Shown here piece after piece: positions 25,601-39,142 of a stretch of DNA of 64,000 nt. This DNA comes from Vicugna vicugna. Its lineage: Eukaryota. The DNA lies in contig MU057959.1 in assembly GCA_013265495.1 (NCBI GenBank), positions 137,202 to 201,201 of the forward strand. The letters run 5' to 3'. A model generated the notes under the pieces. It was given only the letters and a program-made list of their open reading frames with translations, ran no database searches and had not been told where the DNA came from. The position numbers and the translations under genes are program-made. Within the stretch, counting starts at the first letter, position 1. Each line of letters opens with the position of its first letter.

Positions 25601-26774
25601 TTTTTGCAGTATTTATGATGGAAATTTCAATTTCCTTTATAATACTGTTCTCACAAGTATATACCACACACACACATATGCATATATACACCTGGGTAAT
25701 AGATCACAATTTTCCCATGTATTCATTCCAGGTCCTGCCTTTGAACCTTCTGTGAGGTACTCATGTGAGATTCACCCCCTCCCTTTCTAGTCAACTGTCT
25801 GTCCATATGCCCACCTTCCTAAAATCCAGCATTTCCACACACATTCTGCAGGCATGTGTCAGAAGTCCACAAACACACCTCTTTATATGAAAGGAGAATT
25901 TGAATATGGCATTCACATCTCCATTACTTCCCACAAGAGCCATAGTAACCTTCCTTGCAGTGCTGTTGACTGGCCAATGGAGCCAAATTGAAGACCATCT
26001 CTATGTAGTAACTGAAGCATGGATTCTGTTCTGTAGCACTTTGGTATAGTTTCACTTGCCCGGGCCTTGGGCATATGTCTGGCCTTTGGCCCCTATCTAG
26101 GGTGCAGGCTCTCTTAGATCACGAACACCCTGAGGACCATGGGGAGCTGCTCCTTGTACTCTGCCCATTCCTTGAAAATCCCCATGTTTCCTTCACTTGG
26201 AAACATACAGCAAGGAATCCCTCCTTCAGATCCTGTGTTCTGTGTCTGCAGTTCCAACTTCCCACCTGAGCTCTCAGTCAGTTTCTTCCTCCAAGCACCA
26301 CACTGACTTCATGTTGCTGTGGAGGGACCACGTGTCAGCTGCAGCCCCTCTTTGATGACTGTTGACCCACCAGTAACAATTACCAGTCCTTCCACTATAT
26401 TTCAGATGTCCTGTGCTGTGGGAAAAGGCATATTTCCTCAGTTATGGAGCATGGCACCTCACACTTTCTGTGCATAAATCTCAGTGAGTCCCACACGTTT
26501 CTTTCAACAGAATGAATAGGGTGCTCTGTGGGGACTTTTTCTTGACCACTAGCCCCATCCCACTGCAACAAAAAGCACATAGTCCTCTTCTTTCCCACGA
26601 TGGTGTACTTTTTTTTATCTCTCTCTCTGAGAAACCTTGATGATGTCTCTGTTTGACCCTATGAAACTTGTCTCTGGTGGGTCATCTGTCCTATTAAAAG
26701 CACATTTTACTTGATGTTTAATGTGGCTATTTGTGAGTTTTAAATTAGCTGGCTTTATGCAAAGATACACATGC

Positions 26775-26985
26775 ACTGCATTCTTATTAAATCAATTTAT
26801 TTAAACCCTGAGAAATCAAATATCACCAAAGAGAACATGAACACTGAGCAGGAGAGAAGAAATGCAAAAGTGTGATTATGGAGAAAGAGAGAGATGATAT
26901 TATGTGGGAACGAGGAATGTTGTCTCTGTATTGTTGATCCTGATTCCATGGAGAAGATGACATGCCCGGTTCTCTGTGACATGTT
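26775..26985 (-). other. Gene B exon 7 (3' UTR)
   Basis: cacctacag acceptor (26986-26987); AATAAA at 26796-26801. Confidence 0.7.
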
Positions 26986-27981
26986 CTGTAGGTGAATAAA
27001 CAGTACAGGCGTTAGTTGAATGGACCTTATGGCAGGTGACAGGCCTGAGACTCAGGGAGAAGGATGTCCAAGATCAGAGGAGCTGGTAGTGAATGCAGTG
27101 GGCAGACACCACATGAAACTTAATACTCCCCATGTGCCTGATGTGTGCATATCCATTTGGAATTCCAAGGATGTACATGTGGTGGGACCTCTCCTGTGTA
27201 GGATTGATCCTAGGAGTTTTGTGATGCCAGGATGCATGCTAGTGGAATGGTTTATGTATAAGTGATTGGAAGGACTGTGATTGAGTTACACTTATATTCT
27301 CTGATTTCAGGTTTTGTTTTTAGTGGGCTGAAGGAGTATATTCACTTGTAAGCAACTCGGTTTTGGTTTGTTTTTTTTTTTGGTTTTTATTTTGTTTTTG
27401 TTTTTGTCTTTGTTTGCTGCTTTTAGAGATCTCACCTTAACTAAATCACCTTCTGTAGGGGAAAGTAAATCAAATATGTGTTTCAGAGACAGAGACTGTG
27501 GTTGGAAGGTCTCTTTTGGGCTGTAACAGTTATGTGTAATTAAACCTATTTTTTTGCAGCAACTGTGATTTCTCTGTAAGACTAGTTCTCCTGGAGTTCG
27601 GGTGTACATGGGCAACCATCAGGTCAGGACTGACTGGGAAATTAATTAGATTTCATCAGCTTATGGCAGTACCTGCTTCTCTCTAGCATCTGTCATCTGC
27701 ATAAATACTGCATTGTTGTGCTTTGTCCCCTAAACTGCTCCCCATTAATTGGCCAGTCATTAATCTGTAATTTAATAAGACTCAAGAGAATCAAAATACT
27801 CTTAATGTTAGAGGAAAAATTCTCTAGTGACACAATTTAAGTATTTGGGGCAAAAGACACTGTCACTTACAAAATATGGCCCATATGAATTAGTCGTGTG
27901 TCTGTAGTGATTTATTGCTAGAGCAGCAGCAACAGCTGGTCATTTTGACTTACGGCTGGTGCTGTTGAAGTCCTCTTTCAT

Positions 27982-28007
27982 TCAACACTCATCACAGTTA
28001 TCACAGT
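27982..28007 (-). pseudogene. Gene B exon 6 coding part (DCDNCDEC*)
   Basis: ccctctag acceptor; TGA at 27984-27982; gtaagt donor after 27954. Confidence 0.75.
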
Positions 28008-28210
28008 CTAGAGGGAAATTAAAGGGGCAGGAGTAAAGGAAACAGCAAGGACTACCATTTCCCAATATTTCTAGGGTTCCTTTTTTTAAGTAATGGATTT
28101 TATTAAAGATTCTTTATGGATTAAGTATTTTGAGATGAATCAATTTTTTCCTGACAACCTATTTCCATCCCTCATGCATGATGTACTCAGGAACAAGTGT
28201 TGTCTCATAC

Positions 28211-28324
28211 CAGGACAGATGATTATCGCAGCATTTTCTTCTGTAAGCCCATACGTCGGCAGTAGGTTATTTAACTTTTCTAAGACCGTCTGAAAGTTTT
28301 TCATTGGAATACAGTCTCCATTGC
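28211..28324 (-). pseudogene. Gene B exon 5 (114 nt)
   Basis: ttttcag acceptor, gtatga donor; open frame with GLTEEN motif; 12 nt longer than the paralogs. Confidence 0.8.
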
Positions 28325-29280
28325 CTGAAAATCACATGCATAGAGCAGAATTTCTCCCATTAGAACCTCTAATAATTTCTGAACATAGAATATGAAATTA
28401 AAAGTGAAAATCAGATCTTTACTTGGTATAATTTTAACAGAGTCTAAAACAGACAGAGATGTGTGTTTCCTGCCTTCAGAACAAAACCCAGTCTAACTCT
28501 GTAACTACATTGTCTCCAGCATCAGCACCTGGGCTCCAAAGACTCATCATGACCTCCATGAATCTGGTGCCTGATTCATCACAAATATGGAAACTGTTTC
28601 CTTCTTTATCAGCTTCCTAGAATCTATTCCTGACCTTCAAGCCTCGTTCTGGACCAAATATTCTGGGAACATGTTCTCACCTCCCAGAGACACTTGGAGC
28701 CTATCACACAGAGTCATGTTACTTGATTTATTATTTAATCAAACCACTGTTCTCCCTAGTACCTTTTTTAAGTAGACACCTTTTGTTCCATGGACTAAAG
28801 CACTCCTGTCAGTGAGCCCATGTGGTCATCTTTATGATGTCCACGTTCATAAGAACATGGCGTGAGAGAAATTGAACAGGATGAAGATTTGTTTTAAAAT
28901 CTTCAGTTCCAGGGCTGTGAATGCTTTGGGAAAATGGCATAAAATGAAGAAATTGAGCTCAATGAGATCATGGCAAAGGCTTGAAATTAGTTGACATGAT
29001 CAGAATCTATTTCTAAAGCAACTGAAGATTTTAAATTCTTAAGAACACAAGCAACTTATTTTGAAATATCAGATGATTTGTTACTTCCCAGTGCTATCAG
29101 CTCCTTTTTACCTTTGTTACTTTGTAGATCACATCCCAGGATCCTTAATGAATGCAATGACCTAGGCTTTGTCAACGGGTGATGAGTTATATGTGCACCT
29201 GGTGACTTTTTGAATAAAAATGCTGACAGTGCAAGTGTTACGAGACACTGACCGTGGAGATCGTAGGGTGTGGTACATAC

Positions 29281-29391
29281 CAAACAATTCGACCAGTGTG
29301 AATGTGTTGCCTTCCGTATCCACGCAGACAGCAGTTACTAGCAGGAATTCTTCGGATAGTTGAGTAATTTGCACTCCGTTTTTACAGTCAC
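29281..29391 (-). pseudogene. Gene B exon 4 (111 nt)
   Basis: ctcacag acceptor, gtatgt donor; overlaps ORF 29162..29374. Confidence 0.82.
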
Positions 29392-31437
29392 CTGTGAGTG
29401 AGCGAGAGTAGACATGTAAGCAGGCACGTCTTCATTGACTGTGCATTAGCCTGTGTTGGCCCGTGTGTGACTCTGTCAATGCGGTGATGCTATAGTCGGT
29501 CATGATGACAGGGATAGTGGGGAAGAACTTCCTCATCTCCAGCTTTTGATCCCGGTATTCTGGTCACACCTTGCTGTCTTACTAGGATGTTTTCTAGAAT
29601 GTGTGTTTTAATGAAGCCAATACATTTAGGGTTTTTTGTAACATCATGTGCATATTATCACATGCAAGTTCAATAACTGTATATTCCCATTAACCCAGTA
29701 ATGGAGTTGATTTCCCTCTGGGACCAAAAGCAACTGACCATTCATCACCTGGTGTTATGAATCATGCCCTGTACCAGGCACCCTTTAAACACTCTGAATG
29801 AAGGACTGCATCCCTCTGCCCTGCAGTCTTGCTGTGTGATGTTACAGATGTGCAGAGACCACTACTGTGTGTGTCTGTGTTAGGACAGGTTTACTCACCA
29901 GGATATGGAGGAAGTGACCACCTCCCAGTGCCCGCACACCCCTGGGAGGGTGCACCTCAGCAGTATGGCTCCGTCCATACTGCCACAATTCTCTTCAGAG
30001 GAACAAGAACTCATCTACACTGCATCAAGTCCGTTCTCCTTTCTAGCCCTCCTGACACCTTATTGGAATCACTCATCAGATCTGATTTTAAACTGCCCAG
30101 CTATGTCCCCAAAACACAAAAATACCATTGCCCACTCTCTGCAACACTGAAAAATCATGCTTCTGCCACAGCAAAGTTTAAGAAACAGCCAGTTCAACTC
30201 TGACTTTCAAACATGACTGTGTATCTTACTCATTTCCACTCCAAGTCCATGGGCCTTGGTTTCCACTGGGTCAGTGTAAATCAGGTTTCACGCATCTCTT
30301 CAGGGTCTCAGTCACCACCTTTGCAATCCCCGTGGATTACAGAGGAGTTTTGTGGACAGACTCTCAATAGGCTGTGCATGTTTTGAAGGTGAAGGAGGCA
30401 TTGACAGTAAGTGCATCTCCTTGATGCTCTGTTTTGATCAAGGTGCTGCCTGTGCTGTGCTGGCTGTGGCTACACATTATGTTCCCAGATCAACACTTGG
30501 GGCTGCAACCACTGCTTCCCAAGTGACCTGTAGAATAGGCCAGCTGTATCTATCTCTCCCTTCTTAAATTGCCCTGTCCACATCCAGATAGAAAGGATTC
30601 CAAAAATAGAGAAATTCAGAAGAGAAGTGGTAGAAGCCTGAATGATTCATTCAAAGGGAAATAATAATTTAGGAATAAATAAGTAAATAATCTATTTAAA
30701 TCTTCTAATATAAAAAGTAATTTATAAAAATGTAGCTAAATCCTTCCCTCATGTATTAGTTATTTGTGTTCTTTGCACAACCCCTGTGCCATTTGTCATG
30801 TTATACCAGGGTTGGGACCTTATATTGATATATTTAAATTTTCACTAATTATGTACCCCTTAGACCATTTAAGTTTAGGAATGATGTTAAGGGCTATTAG
30901 AAAGATCTTAGATATTTAAATCTTAGCCTCCAAACTCATTGCTTTGAACACAAACCATTTTTATAAAGCCCATATACTTGGTGTTGGAAATCACTATTTT
31001 TTTTTTTGTACGATGTACGATTCTTGGCTATATACGAATGGATTAAGGTGCTCTAGAATTGTCTTCACAAAGTGTAGTTTGCAGAATGATTTTGATGTGT
31101 GACCTCTGGATAGACTCCTGAGACATAATTCCTAAGGTTGTGTTAAGGAATCTAGAAAGAGCTTTGTGCACCTGAGAATCTCCTGAAAGAAGGGTTCTAT
31201 GTTCATGTGGTTAGTCTGTCACTGAGTGCACTCAAGATGAGGAGGGACCATCCAAGTTATGGGATGTAAGCCTTTGTTCTTGACAAAATAGAGTGCCTGG
31301 AAACTGTAGGGACTACTTCCTGGTCATACCTCTAGTCTGTAGGAGAACTAGAAGTTTGTAATTTGGAGTTCTTGTAGGAACTGGAGGTCAAGGTTTCAGC
31401 GATAATACACTTTTACCCATAAAACAGTCATACTTAC

Positions 31438-31508
31438 AATCTATGGCGTAAGTACCCTCTAGTGTCTTTATTTCTTTAATAGTTTGTTGAAAGGATTTTC
31501 CATTCACC
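31438..31508 (-). pseudogene. Gene B exon 3 (71 nt)
   Basis: cttttaag acceptor, gtaagt donor; VNGKSFQQTIKEIKTLEGTYAID. Confidence 0.82.
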
Positions 31509-32770
31509 CTTAAAAGCAAAAGATATTCGAATTGGTTGGTTAAAAATAATGAACAATTTGACATTTAAGTGGGATATTCTTTCTTAACCCTCCCAAGTCC
31601 CTATGTCACCTGTCACCTAGTGCCTATAAACAAGGTGACATTTGAAAGGGAAGGAGTAAGTCCTCTAAGATCCAGTGGCAAAGATGCCTCATTACACATA
31701 AAATCTGAGCAGAATTTCCAAAGATAAACTACAAGAAAAGAGGTCCCATTTAAAGCCTAAGAAACATGAAGAAATCTAGAATTTGGGGAAAGAGAAGAAA
31801 AGTGCAAGGCTTTTCTAGTAACTGGTAACCTTCAAGAAACACGTTAGGTGTTTCACAATCCAATCCAAAGTTTCTTAGAGAATCTAATACCAACGAACAA
31901 TTAAAAAACACAATAATGTGCTTGTGTGAAGACAGAAGTCCTATCAAAACACTAAGAGAATTAAACAATCAAAAACACATCTATGTATGTGTGTCGAAAA
32001 GAGTGGGTACATAAGAAGTCAGTTAAATATACAGTTTTAAGAGTTATGGAAATGATTAACAGAAAATAATATGAAATTCTTAAAATGCCTGACAGCTGAC
32101 AGGTACATCTACTGGGATAGGATATATACATGTGTGTGTGCATGTGCATGTCATTTGAGTGTAAGTAGGCTATGAAATATGTATAATATACAGTCAGTTA
32201 TATATATTTGTATATTTTTAAAATAACCTCTCCAAACATAAAGATCTTATTTTGTCTTAATGCTTTTATTCCTCAAAATACTTGTGTTTGCATGGTCCTT
32301 GTAATATCCCTGCATGATGGAGAACATCCCATGAGCAGCTCTGGGAGCTGTGGTGACCTTCATGCATTTAATGATGATTGTAAATAGCTGAGAGACCTCC
32401 CTTCAGGGTAAAGACCACTTTGTCATCCATGTGCCTACATCCTCTGGGGCCAGTGGGAACCGTGTCCTACAAGTTGTGCATTAGGTAGTTAAGCCCCTAG
32501 GACTGTAGGGATGCAGACCAGGACCATATTTTTCATGCCTCATGGGCCTCTCTTTCTTTTAATGAATTCAGTTGACTCCAGTGGAGCCTCTGTGACTTTC
32601 CCTCTAAGCAAAGGCTCCAGGGTGTCCTCTAGAGACCCGTCTAAACCGCAGGATCCTGGGAGTCACAGCCTTCCACATAACTGAGGGATATCATGGGAAA
32701 TGTGGAAGCCAGACCCTCTGTCAGGGTCAGGGATGTATGTTAGTTTGGCTTGTGTGTTATTTATACTTAT

Positions 32771-32906
32771 TTGTCACAAATTGTGAAGGTGATTATGCCT
32801 TTTGTTTTATCAAATTCAATGTTACAGATAAAACACTGGGGCAGACAGGTCTTAGTGGTCTCGTCGCTGCTACTGACTGCTACAAGCATGCTTTCCATTC
32901 TGAAAT
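32771..32906 (-). pseudogene. Gene B exon 2 (frameshifted, donor lost)
   Basis: ISEWK, then the frame switches to MLVAVSSSDETTK...FTICD; donor is ATAAGT. Confidence 0.82.
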
Positions 32907-33360
32907 CTGAAAGCAGAATTACCCTTAGACCCTGAGGTCCACCTGTTTTCATTGTGTCCACCACCCTCCATCACGACTTTCCCTTCACTCCTGCACATCT
33001 GCACAAATTACCTACTTGGTATGGACAAAGCAGGGTTCATAAATAATGTGAAAACCCAAGGCAAAGGGAGAACATAGGGTTGAGATAATTCACAGGCTTG
33101 GTGTATGCCCTGTGAAATGGAAGAGCCCCAGTGGGTCAGGTCTCTGGCTGACCCCCCTTCTCTTTACAAGAACAGTGAAAGTGCAGGAGAGCCTAGAAAT
33201 AGATAATGTGGATAATACGGATAGAATATAGCAGAAGTGCAGGTTCCAATTAGTGGAGCAGATCTGAGTTGGAGGTAGGTGGCCAGGTGAGGTTCACAGA
33301 AATAAGGATACACATAACCATAGCCCAAAAGGGGACACACACACACACACACACTCTTAC

Positions 33361-33483
33361 AGATGACGAAGCTGTTGTATCAGATGAGTCTGCCTCTGCT
33401 ACATCTGATTGAGCATCCTCACTTGGAAGTTCTTGGGCAGCACAAAGCACTCCAAGTACAAGAGTCAGGAACAGAATCTTCAT
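33361..33483 (-). pseudogene. Gene B exon 1 coding part (signal peptide plus acidic Ser/Thr extension)
   Basis: ATG at 33483; in-frame donor TCT|gtaaga; weaker donor at the gene-A-equivalent position, GAT|gtagca, at 33403. Confidence 0.75.
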
Positions 33484-33566
33484 CCTGGCAGTTCTTCTAG
33501 TCCTCCTCCTGGAGAAGCTGAGCGTGCCGTGCACCAGCTGGTGTAGACAACCTGTATGTGTGCCCA

Positions 33567-33573
33567 TTTTATA
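33567..33573 (-). promoter_or_regulatory. Gene B TATA box
   Basis: TATAAAA at the conserved position; inverted CCAAT at ~33604. Confidence 0.7.
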
Positions 33574-35811
33574 GTATCCATCTGTGTCCTGACCCATAAC
33601 AGACCAATGGTCGTTAATCTAAAATGCTGGCCACATACACGTCCTCTTAGGATATCCTGGTTGGCAGGGAGGAGCTTTTCTGGCCACCCGTTATTTTTAT
33701 TTGAGATTAGTTTTAGGAGAAGCTTCAGTTGATCTGGACACTTGACCTTTAGGGTAAGTGAGAAAACACAGTGCAGCTGAGATGTTTCAAGGACAGTGAT
33801 ATTTATTTTCTTTTATATCCTGAGTTCCAGAATGAGGTATGTCCAAGACACCTGTCCCCAAACTGGGTGTTGTTTCTTTAACATTTTGTAGATATGTTTA
33901 AACTTATCTTTTCAAACTAAAGGTGTTACTGTTTGATGTAACAAGCTTCTAGTGATTTCCTTAAAAGGCCTTAGGAAAGTCTCCCATCCCTGAGGGGAGG
34001 AACAGATCAGCACAAACAAGGATCTCTGTCACCTCCTCAGAACCATGCTGTGTCATCCTTCTCACTAAGGAGACCTTCCATGCAGACACCCAACAGCATC
34101 CTGTGAGGCACGCATAACAGCAGTTCATTCTCATTTCTCTATTTTCCAAACACCTTTCTTACAATCTTCCCTTTAACATGTTATTTATTCATTGACTCAG
34201 TTGCTTCTTCAGGCAAGCAAGAAAGTTTGATAGTAATTCCTCTAATTTTTAGAAGTTTGCAAGGAAAAAGCAAATTTCCTTTCTTTGTACCTCTGGTTAT
34301 TTTTCAAGGTCCCTGAAACAGCCAAGAATGTCTCCTTTGTCTTTTCTTCCTCAAATTTTTATTCATGTTCATTTTCTTTTCTAGTGATTTATCAGATAAA
34401 TTCCCTAGGATACATTTTATGATGATAGAGATGGTACTCAGATAATGTCCCACTCATTTGAGGGGGAACATCCAGAGTCCTGACTCAGTCTCAGATGATC
34501 CAGGGATACACACAGCCTACGCACCTCTGTGATGTCTGATCTTTGAGGAGGGCGTTGCTGAAAGTGGTCTTCAGCCTCCATCTTTGTCTGCCTCTTGTCT
34601 TCATACTCACTAAGACCAACAACATGCATTCACTGTTTACATTTCTCTTGTTCTTTTTCACAATGTCATATTTTCTCCTTGTTTTACAGATTCCTCTATT
34701 TTCCTATCCAATCTTTGACTGTGAAGTCTATGGGAGGTGAGGCTTTCACATATCAGAATGTCATGAAATTTGTTCTCTTACCTCCCTGACTGGGACAGTT
34801 CTGAGCCGGGCCATGATCCCAGCTAACACCCCTCATCCACCTCTCTCGCTTCCTCCAAGTCTGCCTCATTCACCCCAACATTAGCAGGTTTTTCTTGTGA
34901 AGTTCTACCAACATGTATTCCCTGAGAATGTGCACCAAGATCATCCCATCTTAGGAAGAGCTTTTTTCTATCTGCCAATCAAAGGAAAATTAAACTGTAG
35001 TTACTCTAAGGGCTTATTGCTGCAGCTTGGTTCTTGGATTCTGTCCTTCCTGTCATGTAGACGGGGTAAAGTCACATGACCATTAATCCTGATTGCCTTG
35101 AATTCATGTCAGGCACAATGTGCCTCAATATTATGGCCATTAATAGAGGAAGCATCCTACACAAGCATGAAGCTTTTGATTCCCTAGTATTGCTGTGGCA
35201 TCCGATGTAGATGCTCCTGATCTTTCCTTGTCAAAATTATCCAGGCTTTTTTTAAACTCTGTACCCCATCTCTCCCAGTTTATGAACTTGTGTCTTTTTT
35301 TTCTGTTTTCTCTGTGATCATTGTTTTTTCATCTTAGAACCATACTTCCTCTTTCAGTAGTGCAAGGAAGCTTTTGAACCAGGCCACCAGACACACCTGG
35401 TTCCCTCACAGATTCCTGACCAAGGATCCAATGTGTTTAGAATCTGAGTTGAGATAATTCACCACATGTCCACTTTTTGAGATCTGATCCTGGTGAACTT
35501 CTGTCTGCCAATATCTCTCAAATGGGGACAAACTCATAGGTCCACAGTGTTTGATTGATGATGCTGGTTCTGATGTAAGGTGTTCAGTGTTGTCCCTGGA
35601 CCCCCACCTTTCTCACCAGCATCACGGGAGACCTCATTGCTCTTGGTCTCACAGCACACTTTTCAGCAGAGTGCTGTGGGGCCATCTTCCCAAAGCTTGT
35701 CATGTGTTAAGAGTCCCCAGGGGCACTGGACCCTTGGTAGATCTCTCTGTTCCAAACCAGGAGCTGTGGTTTGACCAGATCCATGAAGGTTTCATAAAGT
35801 TATTTGAAGGG

Positions 35812-36029
35812 TATTGGTTCTCAACCAGGGTCCACTGTCCCTCCCAGGAGAGGCAATTGACACATATGGTGACATGTTTGATTGTCCCAGTGGGAGATGT
35901 GGTTTTGAGATCTTCCACCTTGTGGACAGAGATAAAGTATGCTTCTATACACCCTAGAGTGTTCAAGACAGCCTCTCACACTGAGAGTTATCCAGTCACA
36001 TGTCAGTCATGGGAGGTTGAGAAATGCTG
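35812..36029 (+). mobile_element. MER20 upstream of gene B
   Basis: tggttctcaaccagggtcc...gacatgtttgattgtcccagtggg...gaggttgagaaatgctg. Confidence 0.75.
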
Positions 36030-38410
36030 GTTAGTAAGAGTTAATGAGCCCCTATCACCCAGAATGCAGTCTCAGTCATTGTGGTGACTGCATGTCCACA
36101 CATGACTTGCTATGTTTCCTAATTCCTTTGCAGGGAGTTCCCCTCTCTCCTACTCTGTTCCCACCACAGTGGATTTGTGCTGACTTGATTGGTTTTCTAC
36201 TTACTTGTGCCCACAGTGTAGCTACTCCCATGCTGCCCAACACCTTTCTGCTTCCCATTTTATGAGCATTTTTTTCTTTGCATAAGCAGTCTTCATCCAC
36301 TAAAGGGTCACTTCCACAATGTCACAGTCTTTGGACTTTGGAGTTGGCTGCATCCCCAGGGTGCAGGACTGGTGAATGAATGAGTCAGTGTGTGTTCCCT
36401 GGCACTTCTGTTCCTGATGGTCACATGTGGGCAACCATGCATGTAACAGGGAGATTTGGTAAAAAGAAATTTGAAGGACCTGTAACACACTAGTGTCCAG
36501 AGCTACGTGCAGGGGTCATTCAGGTACACTCACTGGAGTATAGTGGAAGTAGAAAGGGTTCTTGTCAGCAGAGTTCCTTGGCCAATGAAGGAAGGCTCTA
36601 CACGGTCCGGTTGGACTGACTCTGGTGTGTTTAGAAGGAAGTCAGAGTTGGCCAGCATCCCCTACTCTAGGGCTGGTTGTACCCAAAATGCATGAAGAAA
36701 GGGAAACACAGTCATGGTGGGTTCAGTAACACAGTGGGGGTGTTTAAAGTAGGAGGTTCCCACCTAGAAACTTATTCTCATAGAATATTGATCCTTGCAT
36801 TACTAATTACTCAGCATACTTCTGAGGGAGCCTCAGTAGTCTGTCTTAGGAAAGGAGCACGATGTTTCTTTTAAGTGTCAGGGCATTTGGAAACACTTTG
36901 AGATGTTATACCTGATCTCAAGTTTTGTCACTTGAACTTTTTTTTTTAACTCACTGTTTGCCTTGGAAAATCCCTCAAACCCATCCATTGGTGAAGAAAA
37001 TTATCATTGAAAAACAAAATTCTGACATACTCTGTGACCTTCTAATTTCATCTGGAAACTTCTGGAAAATTTTCAGCATGCACATAGATATGAACCAGAG
37101 TAAATATGATGTCCTTCAAATGTCAGAGAATGCTGCTTCCAGGGGAAAAGGTCCCTATTTTCTCTTTCCTTTCTTTACATTCAACTTGATGTCTGTGTTG
37201 GTTTTGGTCGGTTGGTGTCTGTTCATTTTTTCCATTTTACCATGCGTGTGTGTTATGCTAAATGATGGACACTCCATTTCCAGGGGATATTTCCATCAGC
37301 CTGTCCCAGGACATAACCCTTGACCAAAATTTTTATTGTTAATTACATAGGCATTTAAAAATTATGCCTCCACTCTTCTCTCAGTAATTTGTAAGGATTA
37401 GCTAATGTCACCTTGGAATCAAAGCTAATAGGAAGAACAGTGGCTCCCAGACCAGCCCTTCTCAGGGTTTGTGCACTCAGGGAGAGAAAAGTCTCAGTTC
37501 TCTGTGGAGTGACTTGACTTTCCCTTTATTTTCTGGCAACTTAATACAATATATGTAGTACCACCCTATATAAAAGAAACTTGTATCTGTATATACATTA
37601 AAGGACAGTGTGTTGTGTGAGATTGCTGTTGTGCAGTGTTTGGTCTTTGTTCAGTTAATATGTATTTAGTACCTGTCACATGCAAACCTCACCCAAGTCT
37701 CAAAATTCATCAGGAACTAGATACTGGATTCAGGATCCAGTGAGTTAATCTCCCTGTGAAAGGAGACAGAAGATAAGCAAGCTCCCCACTCTTGCCAAAT
37801 ATCTCACCGGTTTCTGAGTTCCAGGATGAAAAATAAAGCAAGGAAAGGCCATGGAGTGTATCTGGGTCCTTTTGTAGGAGACAGAATTTCGAGAATGAAA
37901 GGTTTAGAGTGAAGCTATGAGGAGAGTTGGAAAAGTGAGTTGAGTGTGTATCTGGGACAGGAACGTGCTGGGAGGAGAAAGTAAAAAGGTGTTTTGGAAG
38001 GTCCGTTCACTTGTTACTATGAATATTCTAAGGGTGTGTGCATTTTGTAAGGCATTTCCATGTATAGGAGTTATGAAATAATTGAGATATATATAATTGT
38101 TACTGGTATGTTGATTGTCATGTTGAAACATTCAGAAATAAATCTAGCAGTCTTGTAGCTGGACACATTCATAATAGGAAATGGAAGACATTAAAATCAC
38201 AAATTAGATCTCTCTGAATCATCATGTGAATATTCTTTAAAAATATGACTAACTGAAGTGAACAAAAATATGATTCTCTTGATATTTTTATTCTTCTATA
38301 TGTGTAAAACATAGGCTACTCTCCCATAAATTAGTATGTTTCTGCATTAATGACAATGCATGCTTTTGTAGAATGTGTAGGCTTTATACAATCTTTTTTT
38401 TTTTTTACTT

Positions 38411-39142
38411 TGTATCCATGCTGTAATGTTTAAGCTATGGATATATAATCACCCTGCCCCATCCCCAAGATGGGTTCACAGTTTTGCAGGCACTAACCTG
38501 CTGTGATTTCCCCTTGCCCAGCAAAGCAATAGAACTGTAATATTTGTTCTGAGTTCTAAGACTGTCTCTGAGTAATTTGGCTCATCGGGAATGTCGAACT
38601 GATCTTTTGCAACATAGTCAGTTTCCCATGTTGTGTCAATTTCTCGTGTAGAGCACAATGCTTCAGTCATACATGGACATACCCTCATTTGTTTTCATAT
38701 TCTTCTTTATCATAGGTTACTACAAGATACTGAATATAGTTCCCTGTCCTGTACATTATGAACTTGTTATTTATCTATTATATACGTTTGTTAGTTTGTA
38801 TCTGCAAACCTCAGTCTCCCAACTTATCCCTTCCCAGCTGATTCCCCGCCCCTGGTAACTGTAAGTTTGTTTTCTTTCTCATTGAGTCATTTTGTTTTTT
38901 GTAAACAAATTCATTTGTCTTTTTTTTTTTTTTTTTTTCATTTAGTTATTTTTTTTTTTTTTTTTTTTTTTTTAGTTCCACATATAAGTGATATCATATG
39001 GTATTTTTCTGGTTCTGTAATTTTCATTTCTATTAGCTTGGTTTCTGTGACTCTTTTTTATGCTTTTGACTTGTGGTTACCTTGTTTTCCAGTGTGTTAA
39101 CCCCTTACTATACCTGTTTGCTTTAGACTGGGAATCATTTAG
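38411..39142 (-). mobile_element. Unit-2 copy of the short LTR (38411-38614, plus strand) and truncated half-L1 3' part (38615-39142, minus strand)
   Basis: Same order and same 3'UTR/inter-ORF junction as 21872-22560. Confidence 0.7.

Larger units (their letters stand above)
27982..33483 (-). pseudogene. Lipocalin gene B: Cys-rich OBP-like, disrupted as assembled. Exons 33483-33361 (or 33403), 32906-32771, 31508-31438, 29391-29281, 28324-28211, 28007-27982
   Basis: Exon 2 is 136 nt versus 137 in the paralogs (1-nt loss at 32892-32894, giving TAG at 32882-32880) and its donor is ATAAGT. Other exons are open with GT-AG. Repaired protein: MKILFLTLVLGVLCAAQELPSEDAQSDVAEADSSDTTASSSISEWKxMLVAVSSSDETTKTCLPQCFICNIEFDKTKGIITFTICDKVNGKSFQQTIKEIKTLEGTYAIDCDCKNGVQITQLSEEFLLVTAVCVDTEGNTFTLVELFGNGDCIPMKNFQTVLEKLNNLLPTYGLTEENAAIIICPDCDNCDEC*. 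Confidence 0.8.

Noticed and set aside
32765..32770. AT donor as a U12-type (AT-AC) intron
   Set aside because: The sequence is ATAAGT rather than ATATCCTT, the intron ends in AG, and the paralogs have GT, so it is a point mutation.
32767..32964. Rescue of gene B through the MESMLVAV frame or by skipping exon 2
   Set aside because: It needs a phase-1 exon-1 donor, loses the conserved Trp, and the nearest cryptic GT includes an in-frame TAA; skipping joins phase 0 to phase 2.
35551..36087. 178-aa plus-strand ORF with partial paralogs at 17653 and 57835
   Set aside because: Overlaps MER20, the frame is not preserved across units, and it has no recognisable domain; the similarity is just the segmental duplication.
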